From: a virus
Strand: one strand, 5' to 3'
DNA: 57,073 bases
IMG/VR virus record: IMGVR_UViG_3300036861_000774
Of the stretch, positions 1 to 9,055 are shown piece by piece. The number at the start of each line of letters is the position of its first letter. The first letter of the stretch is position 1. The notes under the pieces were generated by a model. The model made no database searches, was not told where the DNA came from, and worked only from the letters and a program-made list of their open reading frames with translations. Position numbers and translations under genes: made by a program.

Positions 1-127
1 AGCCCGCGCAGGGCGCCAAGCGTGTTCTCGGCGACCGGATGGCCGCCTACGAAGCCGAGCAGGCCAGGATTCGACGCGCGGCCGAGCTGGCGGTCCAACG
101 GGAGCGGGAGCGCCTGGAGGCTGAGGA
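1..127. repeat. Terminal direct repeat, left copy (identical to 56947..57073)
   Basis: Read directly: bases 1-127 match 56947-57073 base for base. Confidence 0.9.
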
Positions 128-503
128 ACGGGCCCGCGTTGCCGTTGAGGAGCGCCGACTCCGGCAAGAGGAAGAGGACCGACGGTTGGCCGAGGCCTCC
201 GCCGCCGAGGCGATCGGCGACACCGTCCGGGCCGAGGCCATCGTGTCGGCGCCCATTGTGACCGCTCCGGTGGTGCCTCGGCCGGTATTCGTCGCGCCCC
301 CGCCCGTTCAGGTCACGAAGGCCGAGGGTGTGTCCTTCCGCGAGGAGTGGGACTTCGAGGTCACCAACGCGGCGGTCATTCCCCGCGAGTACCTCTCGGT
401 CGACGAGGTGAAGATCCGGCGCGTGGTCAAGGCGATGAAGGGCCAAACGAACATCCCTGGCGTGCGCGCCTTCTCCAAGCCCACGGCGGCGATGAGGGCG
501 TAG
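3..503 (+). CDS. C-terminal part of the junction-spanning coiled-coil early protein (N-terminal part at 56727..57073; 240 aa when joined)
   Basis: The reading frame of ORF 39..503 is open back to base 3. It is in phase with the ORF that runs off the right end. It has an Arg/Glu-rich coiled-coil segment and lies next to the recombination genes. Confidence 0.6.
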   Translation, partial: PAQGAKRVLGDRMAAYEAEQARIRRAAELAVQRERERLEAEERARVAVEERRLRQEEEDRRLAEASAAEAIGDTVRAEAIVSAPIVTAPVVPRPVFVAPPPVQVTKAEGVSFREEWDFEVTNAAVIPREYLSVDEVKIRRVVKAMKGQTNIPGVRAFSKPTAAMRA

Positions 504-716
504 GGGAATGACGATGTGCTCGCTGCGACGTGGCAGCGCCGATGCTGGGTTCCCCCATCACAAGGCCGCAAGCGGACGGCTGCCAACGGTGGGGAATCCG
601 GCCAGCGAGCATTTCTCATATCGGAGGGCCAGTTGAGCCCCCAAGCGCGCGCGGATAGAGTGCAGGCCACCCGGCGTCCTACACAGGACGCGACTCATCC
701 TCAAGGGTGGCCCAAC

Positions 717-1664
717 ATGCTCATGAGCAAGGCGGCAGCAGATTTCCTCGACGATTGCAAGACGCGCGGGCTCTCGCAGGCGACCAGGGATTCCTATCGC
801 TCTGACCTGACCCTTCTTTACGGACTCGCCGCGGTGATCGCCGCCGATAACGTCATCCACTTCTCGCCCGAACTGGTCCGCGACTACTTCGTCAAGCTCG
901 CAAGTAAGGGCCTCAGTGCAGCGACGCTCCATCGGCGCCGGGCGAGCATCAACCAATTCGCCCAGTGGTGTCTCGTGCGGCGACTCATCTCAGACAATCC
1001 GATGGCCCATACGCCGGTGATCAAGCGACCGAAGCGGCGGCCCCGGCCCTTCGCAAGCGTGACGCGGGAGAAACTTGAGGCGCTCGAGTTGGCGCCAGTC
1101 GATGCGGTGATCCGCGGGCTCCTCTTCCATGCGGGTCTCCGCGTGTCCGAGGTCTGCGGTCTGCTCGTGAGGGACGTGGAGTTTGGGGCGCATGAGCACG
1201 ATGGCGCGATCCGGGTGCTCGGGAAAGGCAACAAGGAGCGCGTGATCCCATTGACCGCCGAGCTCTGGCACCACCTGCGCGACTACATGCTGGCCCATTC
1301 CGCCATCGATCACTTGGACGCCTGCGTCCTGACCTGGGGTCTGGCACGTCCCTTCTCGCGGCGGATGATCGAACGCAAGACTCGGATGTGGGGTCGAGCG
1401 GCGAAGGTCGATGACCGCGTGATTCCCCATAAATTCCGGCATTCTTTTGCGACTCGGCTGCTCGACCGCGGCGCGGATCTTCGCCAAATCCAAGAACTCA
1501 TGGGTCACGCCGACCTGAATACGACGGCCGGCTACTTGGATGCGACTCGGCTGCGTGATGCCGTCGACCTGCTCTCACAGAGGCCGGCGACAGAAAAGAT
1601 TCTGGACCTCGGTTCTGCGCCTCCCGCACTTCCGGATGACTGCGAGGGAAGCGGTGCCACGTAA
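717..1664 (+). CDS. int: Tyrosine recombinase / phage integrase
   Basis: It has a core-binding-like N-terminus (TRDSYRSDLTLL). The catalytic region reads GLRVSE ... HKFRHSFATRLL ... LMGHADLNTTAGYL (R, HxxR and Y). The start is taken at ATG 717 inside ORF 516..1664. Confidence 0.9.
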   Translation: MLMSKAAADFLDDCKTRGLSQATRDSYRSDLTLLYGLAAVIAADNVIHFSPELVRDYFVKLASKGLSAATLHRRRASINQFAQWCLVRRLISDNPMAHTPVIKRPKRRPRPFASVTREKLEALELAPVDAVIRGLLFHAGLRVSEVCGLLVRDVEFGAHEHDGAIRVLGKGNKERVIPLTAELWHHLRDYMLAHSAIDHLDACVLTWGLARPFSRRMIERKTRMWGRAAKVDDRVIPHKFRHSFATRLLDRGADLRQIQELMGHADLNTTAGYLDATRLRDAVDLLSQRPATEKILDLGSAPPALPDDCEGSGAT

Positions 1665-1757
1665 GAGCCCGATACCACTGAGGAATAGTGGAAGTGCGTC
1701 AGAGACGGCCTGTAAGCCGGGTGGGTTGCCCCTCCCTGTTTCGATCGGCAACCGCTC

Positions 1758-2270
1758 GTGAAATCAGACGAGCCGACCGGTATAGTTCTGGACCTCGCGC
1801 CGAAGCCGGTAACACGGTCCGAAGGTTCTGTGCCCCACCGCCGCGGCGTTCCTGCCCGACCGCCTGAAGAACGATTCTGGGAGCACGTCGATCAAGAGAA
1901 CGCCGCGCCTTGCTGGCGCTGGACGGGGAACATCAGCCCACAGACCGGGTATGGGCGGCTCTGGTCCGCCGCTTTGGGTCGCAACGTCCAGGCCCATCAG
2001 ATCGCCTACGAACTCTTCAAGGGCCCGATCCCACCCGGACTCCAGCCCGATCATACCTGTCGCAACCGCTGGTGCGTGAACTGGGACCACCTCGAGGCCG
2101 TTACGCGCAGGGTCAACATTCTCCGCGGCGACAGCCCGAGCGCCCAGAACGCGCGGAAGACTGAGTGCAAGGCCGGCCATCCGTTCACGCCTGAGACGAC
2201 TCACATCACGACGCAGGGCCGCCGCCATTGCCTCCTCTGCCGCCCTATCCGCAGGCTCCCATGTCCATGA
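1758..2270 (+). CDS. HNH endonuclease (copy 1)
   Basis: Motifs CWRWTG ... GYGRLW ... AHQIAYEL ... PDHTCRNRWCVNWDHLEAVT are typical of free-standing phage HNH nucleases. GTG start. Confidence 0.8.
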   Translation: MKSDEPTGIVLDLAPKPVTRSEGSVPHRRGVPARPPEERFWEHVDQENAAPCWRWTGNISPQTGYGRLWSAALGRNVQAHQIAYELFKGPIPPGLQPDHTCRNRWCVNWDHLEAVTRRVNILRGDSPSAQNARKTECKAGHPFTPETTHITTQGRRHCLLCRPIRRLPCP

Positions 2271-2950
2271 CCCGCACGGTGCTCGGGCGCAAACGCCTTC
2301 AGGCGGTCGACACGGCCGAGGCGATCGCGATCAACGGTCTCCCCTCAGACGCGGAGCTGAACGAGACGGTGAAGAAAACGCTGACAGATACCCACAAAAG
2401 GGGGTGCGACAGCACGGCGACGTCGTTGGGTGCGGCCCAAAGCGCGGAGGACATGGGTGAAGTGTGGAAGCCGATGCTGGCGGTGCGCGGGGATTCGACC
2501 CCGCCGGCCACGAAGCACAGGCCCGCGAGCTTGAGACGCGGCGCTTCCCGCGCTGTAGAGACCGTCACCAGAGTCAACGGCCCCCGACATGACGCAGAAC
2601 CGGCGGTAGCCAGCACTGCCGCCGGCTTTATATCCAAGGAGTCCCCGATGCCTCAATGCGGTTACTGCCACCGGGTCGACGGCACGCACAGCAAGAGCTG
2701 CAAGAGTGGCCAGCCGTGCAAGCTCTGCGCGAAGCGGGCGCCGGAGAAGTGTCTCCATCACGGCGGCGCATCCGTGGACAAGACGGCCGGGCGGCGCGAG
2801 CGGATTGTGGTCGCACGTGGCAAGGTGCCCCGCGTCGCGCCCGTGGACGGCGTGCGAGCCCTGTTGATCGACACACTCGAGGAGGAACTGGTCCAGACGC
2901 GCGCCGAAGTCCGTGTGCTGGAGTCGATGCTCGGGAAAGCACGGGCATGA
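2261..2950 (+). CDS. Hypothetical protein with a Cys-rich segment
   Basis: ATG 2261 overlaps the upstream stop. Third-codon positions are GC-rich throughout. It contains CGYCHRVDGTHSKSCKSGQPCKLCAKRAPEKC. An internal AAGGAG plus ATG at 2648 could be a second start. Confidence 0.55.
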   Translation: MSMTRTVLGRKRLQAVDTAEAIAINGLPSDAELNETVKKTLTDTHKRGCDSTATSLGAAQSAEDMGEVWKPMLAVRGDSTPPATKHRPASLRRGASRAVETVTRVNGPRHDAEPAVASTAAGFISKESPMPQCGYCHRVDGTHSKSCKSGQPCKLCAKRAPEKCLHHGGASVDKTAGRRERIVVARGKVPRVAPVDGVRALLIDTLEEELVQTRAEVRVLESMLGKARA

Positions 2951-3077
2951 GGCGGTTCTGCCTCTGTGACTGTTGCGGCGACCGCGTGGAGTTGCCGCCA
3001 TTCGTCCTCGATTTCACGTGCAGTGGTCGCCGACGATGCCGGCCGTGCTTCTTGTGGTGTCGCTGAGGAGGCCCGCC

Positions 3078-3401
3078 ATGATCCTCCAGGCCGAGTATGA
3101 ATCGATCCTCCGTCGGTTGGCTGATCTCCGGCCAAGCGCCGCCCAGCAGCACGGCGACGAGCAGGACGTGGCGGTAGCCACCGAGGTCCAAGAGTTGACC
3201 CTGCTGCAGCGGGAACGGCTCCAGAAGCGCGCTCTGGCGCTGGAGGCGGCCCTGGAGCGGGTGAAAGACGGCTCCTGGGGCATCTGTCTTGCCTGCGATC
3301 ACAAGGTTGAGCCACGGCGGCTCCAAGCGGCTCCAGAGGCTGAATACTGCCTGCGTTGTGCTGAGCGTCTGGAGCGCGACGCCAAGGCCCAGCGGCGATG
3401 A
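3078..3401 (+). CDS. DksA/TraR-family C4 zinc-finger protein
   Basis: GAGGAGG lies upstream of ATG 3078. The C-terminal CLACDHKVEPRRLQAAPEAEYCLRC is a four-cysteine DksA/TraR finger that follows a coiled-coil segment. Confidence 0.75.
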   Translation: MILQAEYESILRRLADLRPSAAQQHGDEQDVAVATEVQELTLLQRERLQKRALALEAALERVKDGSWGICLACDHKVEPRRLQAAPEAEYCLRCAERLERDAKAQRR

Positions 3402-3613
3402 CCGACGCGTTCCGCCAGATCAAGGATGGGGCGCTTCTCCAGAGCGGGAGCGACACGGAGAGGGCCATGGCGATGCTCGTCGTGCCGGCGCTACATTACA
3501 CCAACACGCTATTCCGTCCGAACCTCCTCATCAATACTGGTGAAGGTTTCTTCCTCGCTCTCACGCTGAAAGATCAGTTCATTCCCCCGACGGTCCGGCG
3601 CGAGGCGCAGTGA
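3398..3613 (+). CDS. Hypothetical protein (71 aa)
   Basis: ATGA overlap with the upstream gene and GTGATG overlap with the downstream gene. No recognisable motif. Confidence 0.4.
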   Translation: MTDAFRQIKDGALLQSGSDTERAMAMLVVPALHYTNTLFRPNLLINTGEGFFLALTLKDQFIPPTVRREAQ

Positions 3614-4062
3614 TGGGTGACAAGAGCGCGATCGAGTGGCGAAAGCCTGGTCAAGCCGGCGAAAAGAATCACCAGTGGAGGGGCGGGCGCGTCATCGCCT
3701 CTAATGGTTACGTCCTTCTGAAAATGCCGGGCCACCATCTCGCCGACGTGCGCGGCTACGTGTATGAGCATCGACTCGTCGCAGAACAGGTACTTGGTCG
3801 GAGGCTCAAGCGCGGCGAGATTCCGCATCACAAGAACGGCTGGAAGCGCGACAACCGCCCAGAAAACATCGAGGTCATGTCGTCGATCGCCGAACACCGC
3901 TTTCACCATCGCGCGATCGGGTCGAAGCGCCGGCTGCCCGGAGAGGCCAATAGGATTATCCAGTGCGCTTACAACTGCGGACATGACCTGGCCCTGTTCG
4001 ACGACTCCGGGCGCCCGCGGACGTTCATCAGCGGTCACAACATGCGGCGCGCCGATGGCTGA
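3610..4062 (+). CDS. HNH endonuclease (copy 2)
   Basis: GYVYEHRLVAEQVLGRRL ... IPHHKNGWKRDNRPENIEV is an HNH core. The gene is translationally coupled on both sides. Confidence 0.8.
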   Translation: MMGDKSAIEWRKPGQAGEKNHQWRGGRVIASNGYVLLKMPGHHLADVRGYVYEHRLVAEQVLGRRLKRGEIPHHKNGWKRDNRPENIEVMSSIAEHRFHHRAIGSKRRLPGEANRIIQCAYNCGHDLALFDDSGRPRTFISGHNMRRADG

Positions 4063-4940
4063 TACCGCGATCGAGTGGAGCGACAAGGTTTGGAACCCGA
4101 TCATCGGGTGTAGCCGCGTCTCGGCCGGGTGTACTGCGTGCTATGCAGAACGCCAAGCGTACCGCAACGCGGCGATGGGGATCAGCCGCTATCGACCGGA
4201 TCTTCGCCGTGATGGCGCTCGCCGATCGGCACACGTTTCAGATCCTCACGAAGCGGCCCGAGCGGATGCGCGCCTACTTCGCTGACGGCTGGGATGGGGT
4301 GTTCTACCGATTCGAGGACACGCCGGAGCATCGCCGAATAGACCACGAGGGCAATAGCGGCAACAAGGAGTGGAGCCAGGAAGCTGCCGACCGAGTGAGC
4401 CACGCGCGGCAGGCGATGCACGGCGCGCCCCTCCCGAACGTCTGGCTCGGCGTCTCCGTCGAGAACCAGGCGACGGCGGACGAGCGCATCCCGCTACTGC
4501 TCCAGACGCCGGCGGGGGTTCGGTTCCTCTCCGTAGAGCCGCTATTAGGGCCGGTCAATCTCATGGGGCGCGGACGCTACCTAGCGCACGTGGGTGAGCA
4601 TGGAATCGGCTGGGTGATTATTGGCGGCGAATCAGGCCCCGGCGCGCGGCCGTGCGATCTGGCGTGGATTCGCTCCGTCGTCGCGCAGTGCAAGGCGGCC
4701 GGCGTCCCGGTGTTCGTCAAGCAACTGGGGAGTCTCCCGATCTGGGACGGCTGTGGCCTCATGGCTAACAACACTCCAGGGCCGACCGAGCGCGTTCTCA
4801 TGCGCGAGAAGGTCACCGACAGCGACGGTTACCGCCCCGTCGTCGACGTCGAGATGCTGCGGCTGCGCCTCCGCGACCGCAAGGGCGGCTCAATGGAAGA
4901 ATGGCCCGAGGATCTGCGCGTGCGGGAATTCCCGAAGTGA
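4055..4940 (+). pseudogene. Gp37/Gp68 (DUF5131) family gene, disrupted by an internal deletion plus a frame change
   Basis: The N-terminal motif IEWSDKVWNPIIGCSRVSAGCTACYAE is in frame 2, up to about 4197. The rest (RIFAVMALADRHTFQILTKRPERM ... GVSVENQ ... FLSVEPLLGP ... GWVIIGGESGPGARP ... VFVKQLG) is in frame 0, from about 4189. The conserved FVNSMSDLFHE-type segment between them is absent. Confidence 0.7.
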
Positions 4941-5302
4941 GCCCGACCGCGCGCACGCTGAAGCACTGCCGGGAGCTCGGCTGGGTCGCCGATGTCGTCG
5001 AGCGGTTCATCCCGGGCGCACGGGTTCGTCGCGACCTATTCGGATTCATCGACGTCGTGATCCTCGACGGCAAGCCGGGCGTGTTGGGCGTCCAAGCATG
5101 CAGCACAGGGGATCAGTCCACAAGACTCGCCAAAATCGGCCAGGAGCCGAGGGCGGGGCTCTGGCTGGCCGCTGGGAACCGGGTGCAGGTGTGGGGCTGG
5201 GCCAAGCGAGGGCCGAGGGGCAAGCGCAAGCTGTGGGAGCTGACGATGACCGACTGGTGTCCGGGTGCCAATGCCCCCCGCGCGCCCGAGCCGCAGGGAT
5301 GA
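4937..5302 (+). CDS. Putative PD-(D/E)XK-type nuclease / Holliday-junction-resolvase-like protein
   Basis: GTGA overlap at 4937. The pattern LKHCRELGWVADVVERF ... RRDLFGFIDVVIL ... LGVQAC resembles Hjc-like nucleases. Called on motif resemblance only. Confidence 0.4.
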   Translation: MSPTARTLKHCRELGWVADVVERFIPGARVRRDLFGFIDVVILDGKPGVLGVQACSTGDQSTRLAKIGQEPRAGLWLAAGNRVQVWGWAKRGPRGKRKLWELTMTDWCPGANAPRAPEPQG

Positions 5303-5439
5303 GCCGCACGCAGATGTTCCCGGCACTCTTGATCGTGCTGGATCTCGGCGCGTCGGCCGTCTACGCCTTTGATGCGGACGCTCGGCGATCAGTCTACTGG
5401 CTCGCGGCGGCGATCCTGACGTTCGTGGTGACGTTTTGA
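5299..5439 (+). CDS. Small membrane protein (46 aa)
   Basis: ATGA overlap upstream and TTGA overlap downstream. Two hydrophobic stretches: FPALLIVLDLGASAVYAF and VYWLAAAILTFVVTF. Confidence 0.45.
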   Translation: MSRTQMFPALLIVLDLGASAVYAFDADARRSVYWLAAAILTFVVTF

Positions 5440-7970
5440 TCGACGACTACCGTGCGTTCCTCGAGGCCAAGGCCGTGCTCGCGCCGCAGGCCGGCTTTAC
5501 GGTGGAGGATGCCGAGATTCATCCGCTGCTGAAGCCGCATCAGCGCGTGATGGTGCGATGGGCGGTGGCCGGTGGACGGCGCGCTATCTTCGCCGCCTTC
5601 GGACTCGGCAAGACCATGATTCAGATCGAGGCGGTGCGGCTGACGCTCTCGCGGATGGGTGGACGCGGGCTCATTGTGCTCCCGCTCGGCGTTCGTCAGG
5701 AGTTCACGCGCGACGCGGCCAAGATCGGTGTCCCACTCACGTTCATCCGGCGCATCGAAGAGGCGGCGGACCCGACGGGTATCTATCTCACCAACTACGA
5801 GACCGTACGCGACGGCAAGCTGGATGCCACCCAGTTCTCCGTCACGAGTCTCGACGAGGCCTCGACGCTGCGAGGGTTCGGCGGCACCAAGACCTTCCGC
5901 CAATTCATGCGCCTGTTCGAGGGGTCCGGGAAGTTCCGGTTCGTGGCCACGGCGACGCCAGATCCGAATGAGTATATCGAGCTGCTTGCCTACGCGGCCT
6001 TTCTCGACGTGATGGACGTCGGCCAGGCCAAGACCAGATTCTTCAAGCGCGATAGTGAGCACGCCGATGCTCTGACGATCCATCCGCACAAGGAACGCGA
6101 GTTCTGGCTGTGGGTGTCGTCGTGGGCGCTCTTCGTTCAGCGGCCGAGCGATCTGGGATTCTCCGACGAAGGCTACGCGCTCCCGCCCATGACGGTCCGC
6201 TGGCACGAACTGCCGAGCGATCACGCGCAGGCGGGCCAAGAATCAGACGGCCAGGCCAGGATGTTCCGCAGTGCGGCCTATGGTGTCAGCGATGCCGCCC
6301 GGGAGAAGCGGGACACGCTGCCGGCGCGGATCGAGAAGCTCCTGGCACTGCGTGCCGAGGACCCGGGCGCGCATCGCGTGATCTGGCACGACCTCGAGGC
6401 CGAGCGCCACGCGATCGAACGGGCGATGCCCGAGGCCGTGTCGGTCTACGGCAACCAAGACCTTGGGAATCGTGAGGCCGCCATCATCGCGTTCTCCGAC
6501 GGCGAGATTGCCGAGCTGGCGGCCAAACCCGTCATCGCTGGGAGCGGCTGTAACTTTCAACGGTTCTGTGCGTGGGCTATCTTTCTCGGGATCGGCTTCA
6601 AATTCAATGACTTCATTCAGGCCGTTCACAGGATTCACCGTTTTCTGCAGGAGCGGCCGGTGCGTATTGACCTGATCTACACAGAAGCGGAGCGGCCGAT
6701 CCGCCAGATCCTCGAGGCGAAGTGGGCGCGGCACGTCGGCCAGGCAGAGAAGATGGGCGCGCTCATCCGGGAATACGGGCTCGCGGAGGCGGCCATCGTC
6801 GGAGCGATGCGGCGCAGCATCGGCGTGGAACGCGCGGAGGTTGCGGGCGAGATGTACCAGCTCATCAATGGCGATGCCGTGGAGGAGACGCGGGCGATGC
6901 ATGACGGCATCGCGGACCTTATCATCACGTCGATCCCGTTCGCGAGCCAGTACGAGTACACGCCGAGTTACAACGATTTCGGCCATACGGACGACAACGC
7001 GCACTTCTGGCAACAGATGGACTTCCTCACGCCGCACTTGCTGCGCGTCCTCGAGCCCGGGCGCGTCTGTGTCATCCACGTCAAGGATCGAGTGACGCCA
7101 GGTGGCTTGACGGGGCTCGGATTTCAGACTGTGCAGCCATTCCACGCTGAGGCGATCGCTCATTACCGGCAACATGGCTTTGCCTACCTCGGCATGAAGA
7201 CCGTCGTGACCGACGTCGTGCGCGAGAACAATCAAACCTATCGTCTCGGCTGGACGGAGCAATGTAAGGACGGGTCGCGGATGGGGTGCGGCATGCCGGA
7301 ATATCTGCTGCTGTTTCGCAAGCCGCCGACGGACGCGACGAACGGATACGCCGACGTGCCGGTGGTGAAAGACAAGAAACTCTGGCGCGGAGATCACTGG
7401 GACCACGAGAACGGCTACAGCCGGGCGCGCTGGCAACTCGATGCCCATGGATTCATGCGCTCGAACGGGAATCGACTGCTGGCACCTGATGAGTTGGTCG
7501 GGCTCCCGGCGGATCAGGCATTCAAACGATACCGCGAGCACTCGCGGTCAACCGTCTATGACTTTGAGCATCACGTCGCGTGCGGCGAAGCACGCGAGTC
7601 GGCGCGCCAGCTCCCGCCGTCGTTCATGCTGCTCCCGCCGCAATCATGGCATCCGGATGTCTGGACCGACGTGGCGAGAATGCGGACGCTCAATATGATG
7701 CAGGAGCGGCGCGGCCAGCAAATGCATCTGTGTCCTCTTCAGTTTGATATCGTCGAGCGGCTGATCGCGCAATTCAGCATGCCGGCCGAGACGATCTTCG
7801 ATCCCTTCGCGGGGCTCATGACGGTTCCGTATTGCGCCGTGAAGATGGGGCGCCATGGCGTCGGCGTCGAGCTCAGCCCGACCTACTACGCGGATGGGGT
7901 GCGGTACGTCGAAGCCATGGCACGAGAGATCGCGATGCCGACGCTCTTCGATCTGGCGCCCCGCCCATGA
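5436..7970 (+). CDS. SNF2/SF2 helicase fused to an N6/N4-type (beta-class) DNA methyltransferase
   Basis: Helicase motifs: AAFGLGKT (I), LDEAS (II), ATATP (III) and QAVHRIHR (VI). Methyltransferase motifs follow in the order IV then I: LIITSIPF ... FDPFAGLMTVPYCAVKMGRHGVGVEL. Confidence 0.85.
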   Translation: MIDDYRAFLEAKAVLAPQAGFTVEDAEIHPLLKPHQRVMVRWAVAGGRRAIFAAFGLGKTMIQIEAVRLTLSRMGGRGLIVLPLGVRQEFTRDAAKIGVPLTFIRRIEEAADPTGIYLTNYETVRDGKLDATQFSVTSLDEASTLRGFGGTKTFRQFMRLFEGSGKFRFVATATPDPNEYIELLAYAAFLDVMDVGQAKTRFFKRDSEHADALTIHPHKEREFWLWVSSWALFVQRPSDLGFSDEGYALPPMTVRWHELPSDHAQAGQESDGQARMFRSAAYGVSDAAREKRDTLPARIEKLLALRAEDPGAHRVIWHDLEAERHAIERAMPEAVSVYGNQDLGNREAAIIAFSDGEIAELAAKPVIAGSGCNFQRFCAWAIFLGIGFKFNDFIQAVHRIHRFLQERPVRIDLIYTEAERPIRQILEAKWARHVGQAEKMGALIREYGLAEAAIVGAMRRSIGVERAEVAGEMYQLINGDAVEETRAMHDGIADLIITSIPFASQYEYTPSYNDFGHTDDNAHFWQQMDFLTPHLLRVLEPGRVCVIHVKDRVTPGGLTGLGFQTVQPFHAEAIAHYRQHGFAYLGMKTVVTDVVRENNQTYRLGWTEQCKDGSRMGCGMPEYLLLFRKPPTDATNGYADVPVVKDKKLWRGDHWDHENGYSRARWQLDAHGFMRSNGNRLLAPDELVGLPADQAFKRYREHSRSTVYDFEHHVACGEARESARQLPPSFMLLPPQSWHPDVWTDVARMRTLNMMQERRGQQMHLCPLQFDIVERLIAQFSMPAETIFDPFAGLMTVPYCAVKMGRHGVGVELSPTYYADGVRYVEAMAREIAMPTLFDLAPRP

Positions 7971-8683
7971 CTGTGAACGGCCCACTCATCCTCAGCATCT
8001 TTCCTGGTCTCGACCTCTTGGGCCGCGCCTTCGAGGAGGAATGGCCGGAGGCGTGTATCGTGCGTGGCCCTGATCTCCTCTGGGGCGGGGACATCAAGCG
8101 CTTTCACCCACCGGCCGGGAAGTTCGACGGCGTGATCGGCGGGCCACCGTGTCAGTTCGCATCAATCGGGAATCGCGGCCCCAATCGTATCATCACGGCG
8201 GAGAATCTAACTCCGGAGTTAGAGCGCTGCGTGGCAGCTGCCGAGCCCGAATGGTTCCTAATGGAGAACGTCCCGCCGGCGCCCCTACCTGAAGTTGCGG
8301 GCTACATCGTCAAGGACATCCTGCTCCAGAATCGGTGGCTCGGCCAGGCTCAGCAGCGGCAACGCCGATTCTCCTTCGGCACGCACGACGGGCGGGAGTT
8401 GCACGTGCAGCTCGCGGCACTCGAATCAATCGAGCGCGAGTACGCCGTCCTAGCGACGGAGCATAAAGGGCAGACCCACCCAGGAGCGAAAGGTCGCAAG
8501 CGCTATCTGAAGGGGCGGCCGCTCTCGCGTCGGTGTGAACTCCAGGGATTGCCCGCGGATTTCGCTGACCGCCTTCCGTTTACGGACAAATGGCGCGGCA
8601 TCGTCATCGGCAACGGCGTCCCGCTTGCGATGGGCCGGGCCATCGCGAACGCCGTGAAGCGCGCTCTGGCGCCCCGCCCATGA
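7967..8683 (+). CDS. DNA (cytosine-5) methyltransferase, short form
   Basis: Motifs in canonical order: FPGLDLLG (I), GGPPCQ (IV), MENV (VI), QRRFSFG (VIII) and IGNGVP (X). ATGA overlap with the upstream methyltransferase fusion. Confidence 0.85.
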   Translation: MTVNGPLILSIFPGLDLLGRAFEEEWPEACIVRGPDLLWGGDIKRFHPPAGKFDGVIGGPPCQFASIGNRGPNRIITAENLTPELERCVAAAEPEWFLMENVPPAPLPEVAGYIVKDILLQNRWLGQAQQRQRRFSFGTHDGRELHVQLAALESIEREYAVLATEHKGQTHPGAKGRKRYLKGRPLSRRCELQGLPADFADRLPFTDKWRGIVIGNGVPLAMGRAIANAVKRALAPRP

Positions 8684-8744
8684 TCGCGGAGCTGGAGATT
8701 GCTGAGCACAAGGCGCGCCCCGCGTCGCGGAGAGGGAAGCGGTG

Positions 8745-8876
8745 ATGTTTGAGCACGAGCGGATTGTGGAGATGGAGTGCGGCTGCCGCTATGATACGGG
8801 GACTGGAATCCGTACAGCGCCCTGTGAGGACCATCGCGACTGGCCGCCGGTGACCACCGCGCGGAGGCGGGGATGA
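8745..8876 (+). CDS. Micro-ORF (43 aa), Cys-containing
   Basis: Translated by hand: MFEHERIVEMECGCRYDTGTGIRTAPCEDHRDWPPVTTARRRG. TGATG and ATGA coupling on both sides. It is below the ORF-track size cutoff. Confidence 0.3.
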   Translation: MFEHERIVEMECGCRYDTGTGIRTAPCEDHRDWPPVTTARRRG

Positions 8877-9055
8877 CGTGCAACGAGTGCAATAAGCCGA
8901 TCGGGGAAGGCGAGCCGATGGTGGTGCTTTACATCGCGCTGAACGAGATACCTCAACGTGAGACGTTCACCGGGATCGTCTGGCATCCAGCGTGTGCGCC
9001 CGCCGAGCGAAGCCATCTTCTCGATGAAGCGGAGCAGATCAGCCATGCAGCCTGA
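8873..9055 (+). CDS. Small CxxC protein (60 aa)
   Basis: MTCNECNKPIGEG ... WHPACAP. ATGA coupling upstream. Confidence 0.4.
   Translation: MTCNECNKPIGEGEPMVVLYIALNEIPQRETFTGIVWHPACAPAERSHLLDEAEQISHAA

Noticed and set aside
516-716. N-terminal 67-aa extension of the integrase ORF.
   Set aside because: The extension is Arg/Gln/Pro-rich and has no similarity to integrase N-domains. The integrase-like sequence begins right after ATG 717. The upstream stretch is more likely regulatory or attP-proximal.
2628-3468. Overlapping ORFs on both strands around 2.6-3.5 kb (2656..3066 +, 2628..3326 -, 2758..3468 -).
   Set aside because: They overlap the better-supported 2261..2950 gene and the DksA/TraR gene. 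Their products are Arg/Pro/Ala-rich, and they lack start-site context.
4621-5298. 5' part of the 272-aa + strand ORF 4621..5439, overlapping the DUF5131 and nuclease-like genes.
   Set aside because: Only its last 46 codons (5299..5439) form a plausible coupled small membrane protein. The upstream part is an Arg/Ala/Ser-rich alternative frame of two better-supported genes.
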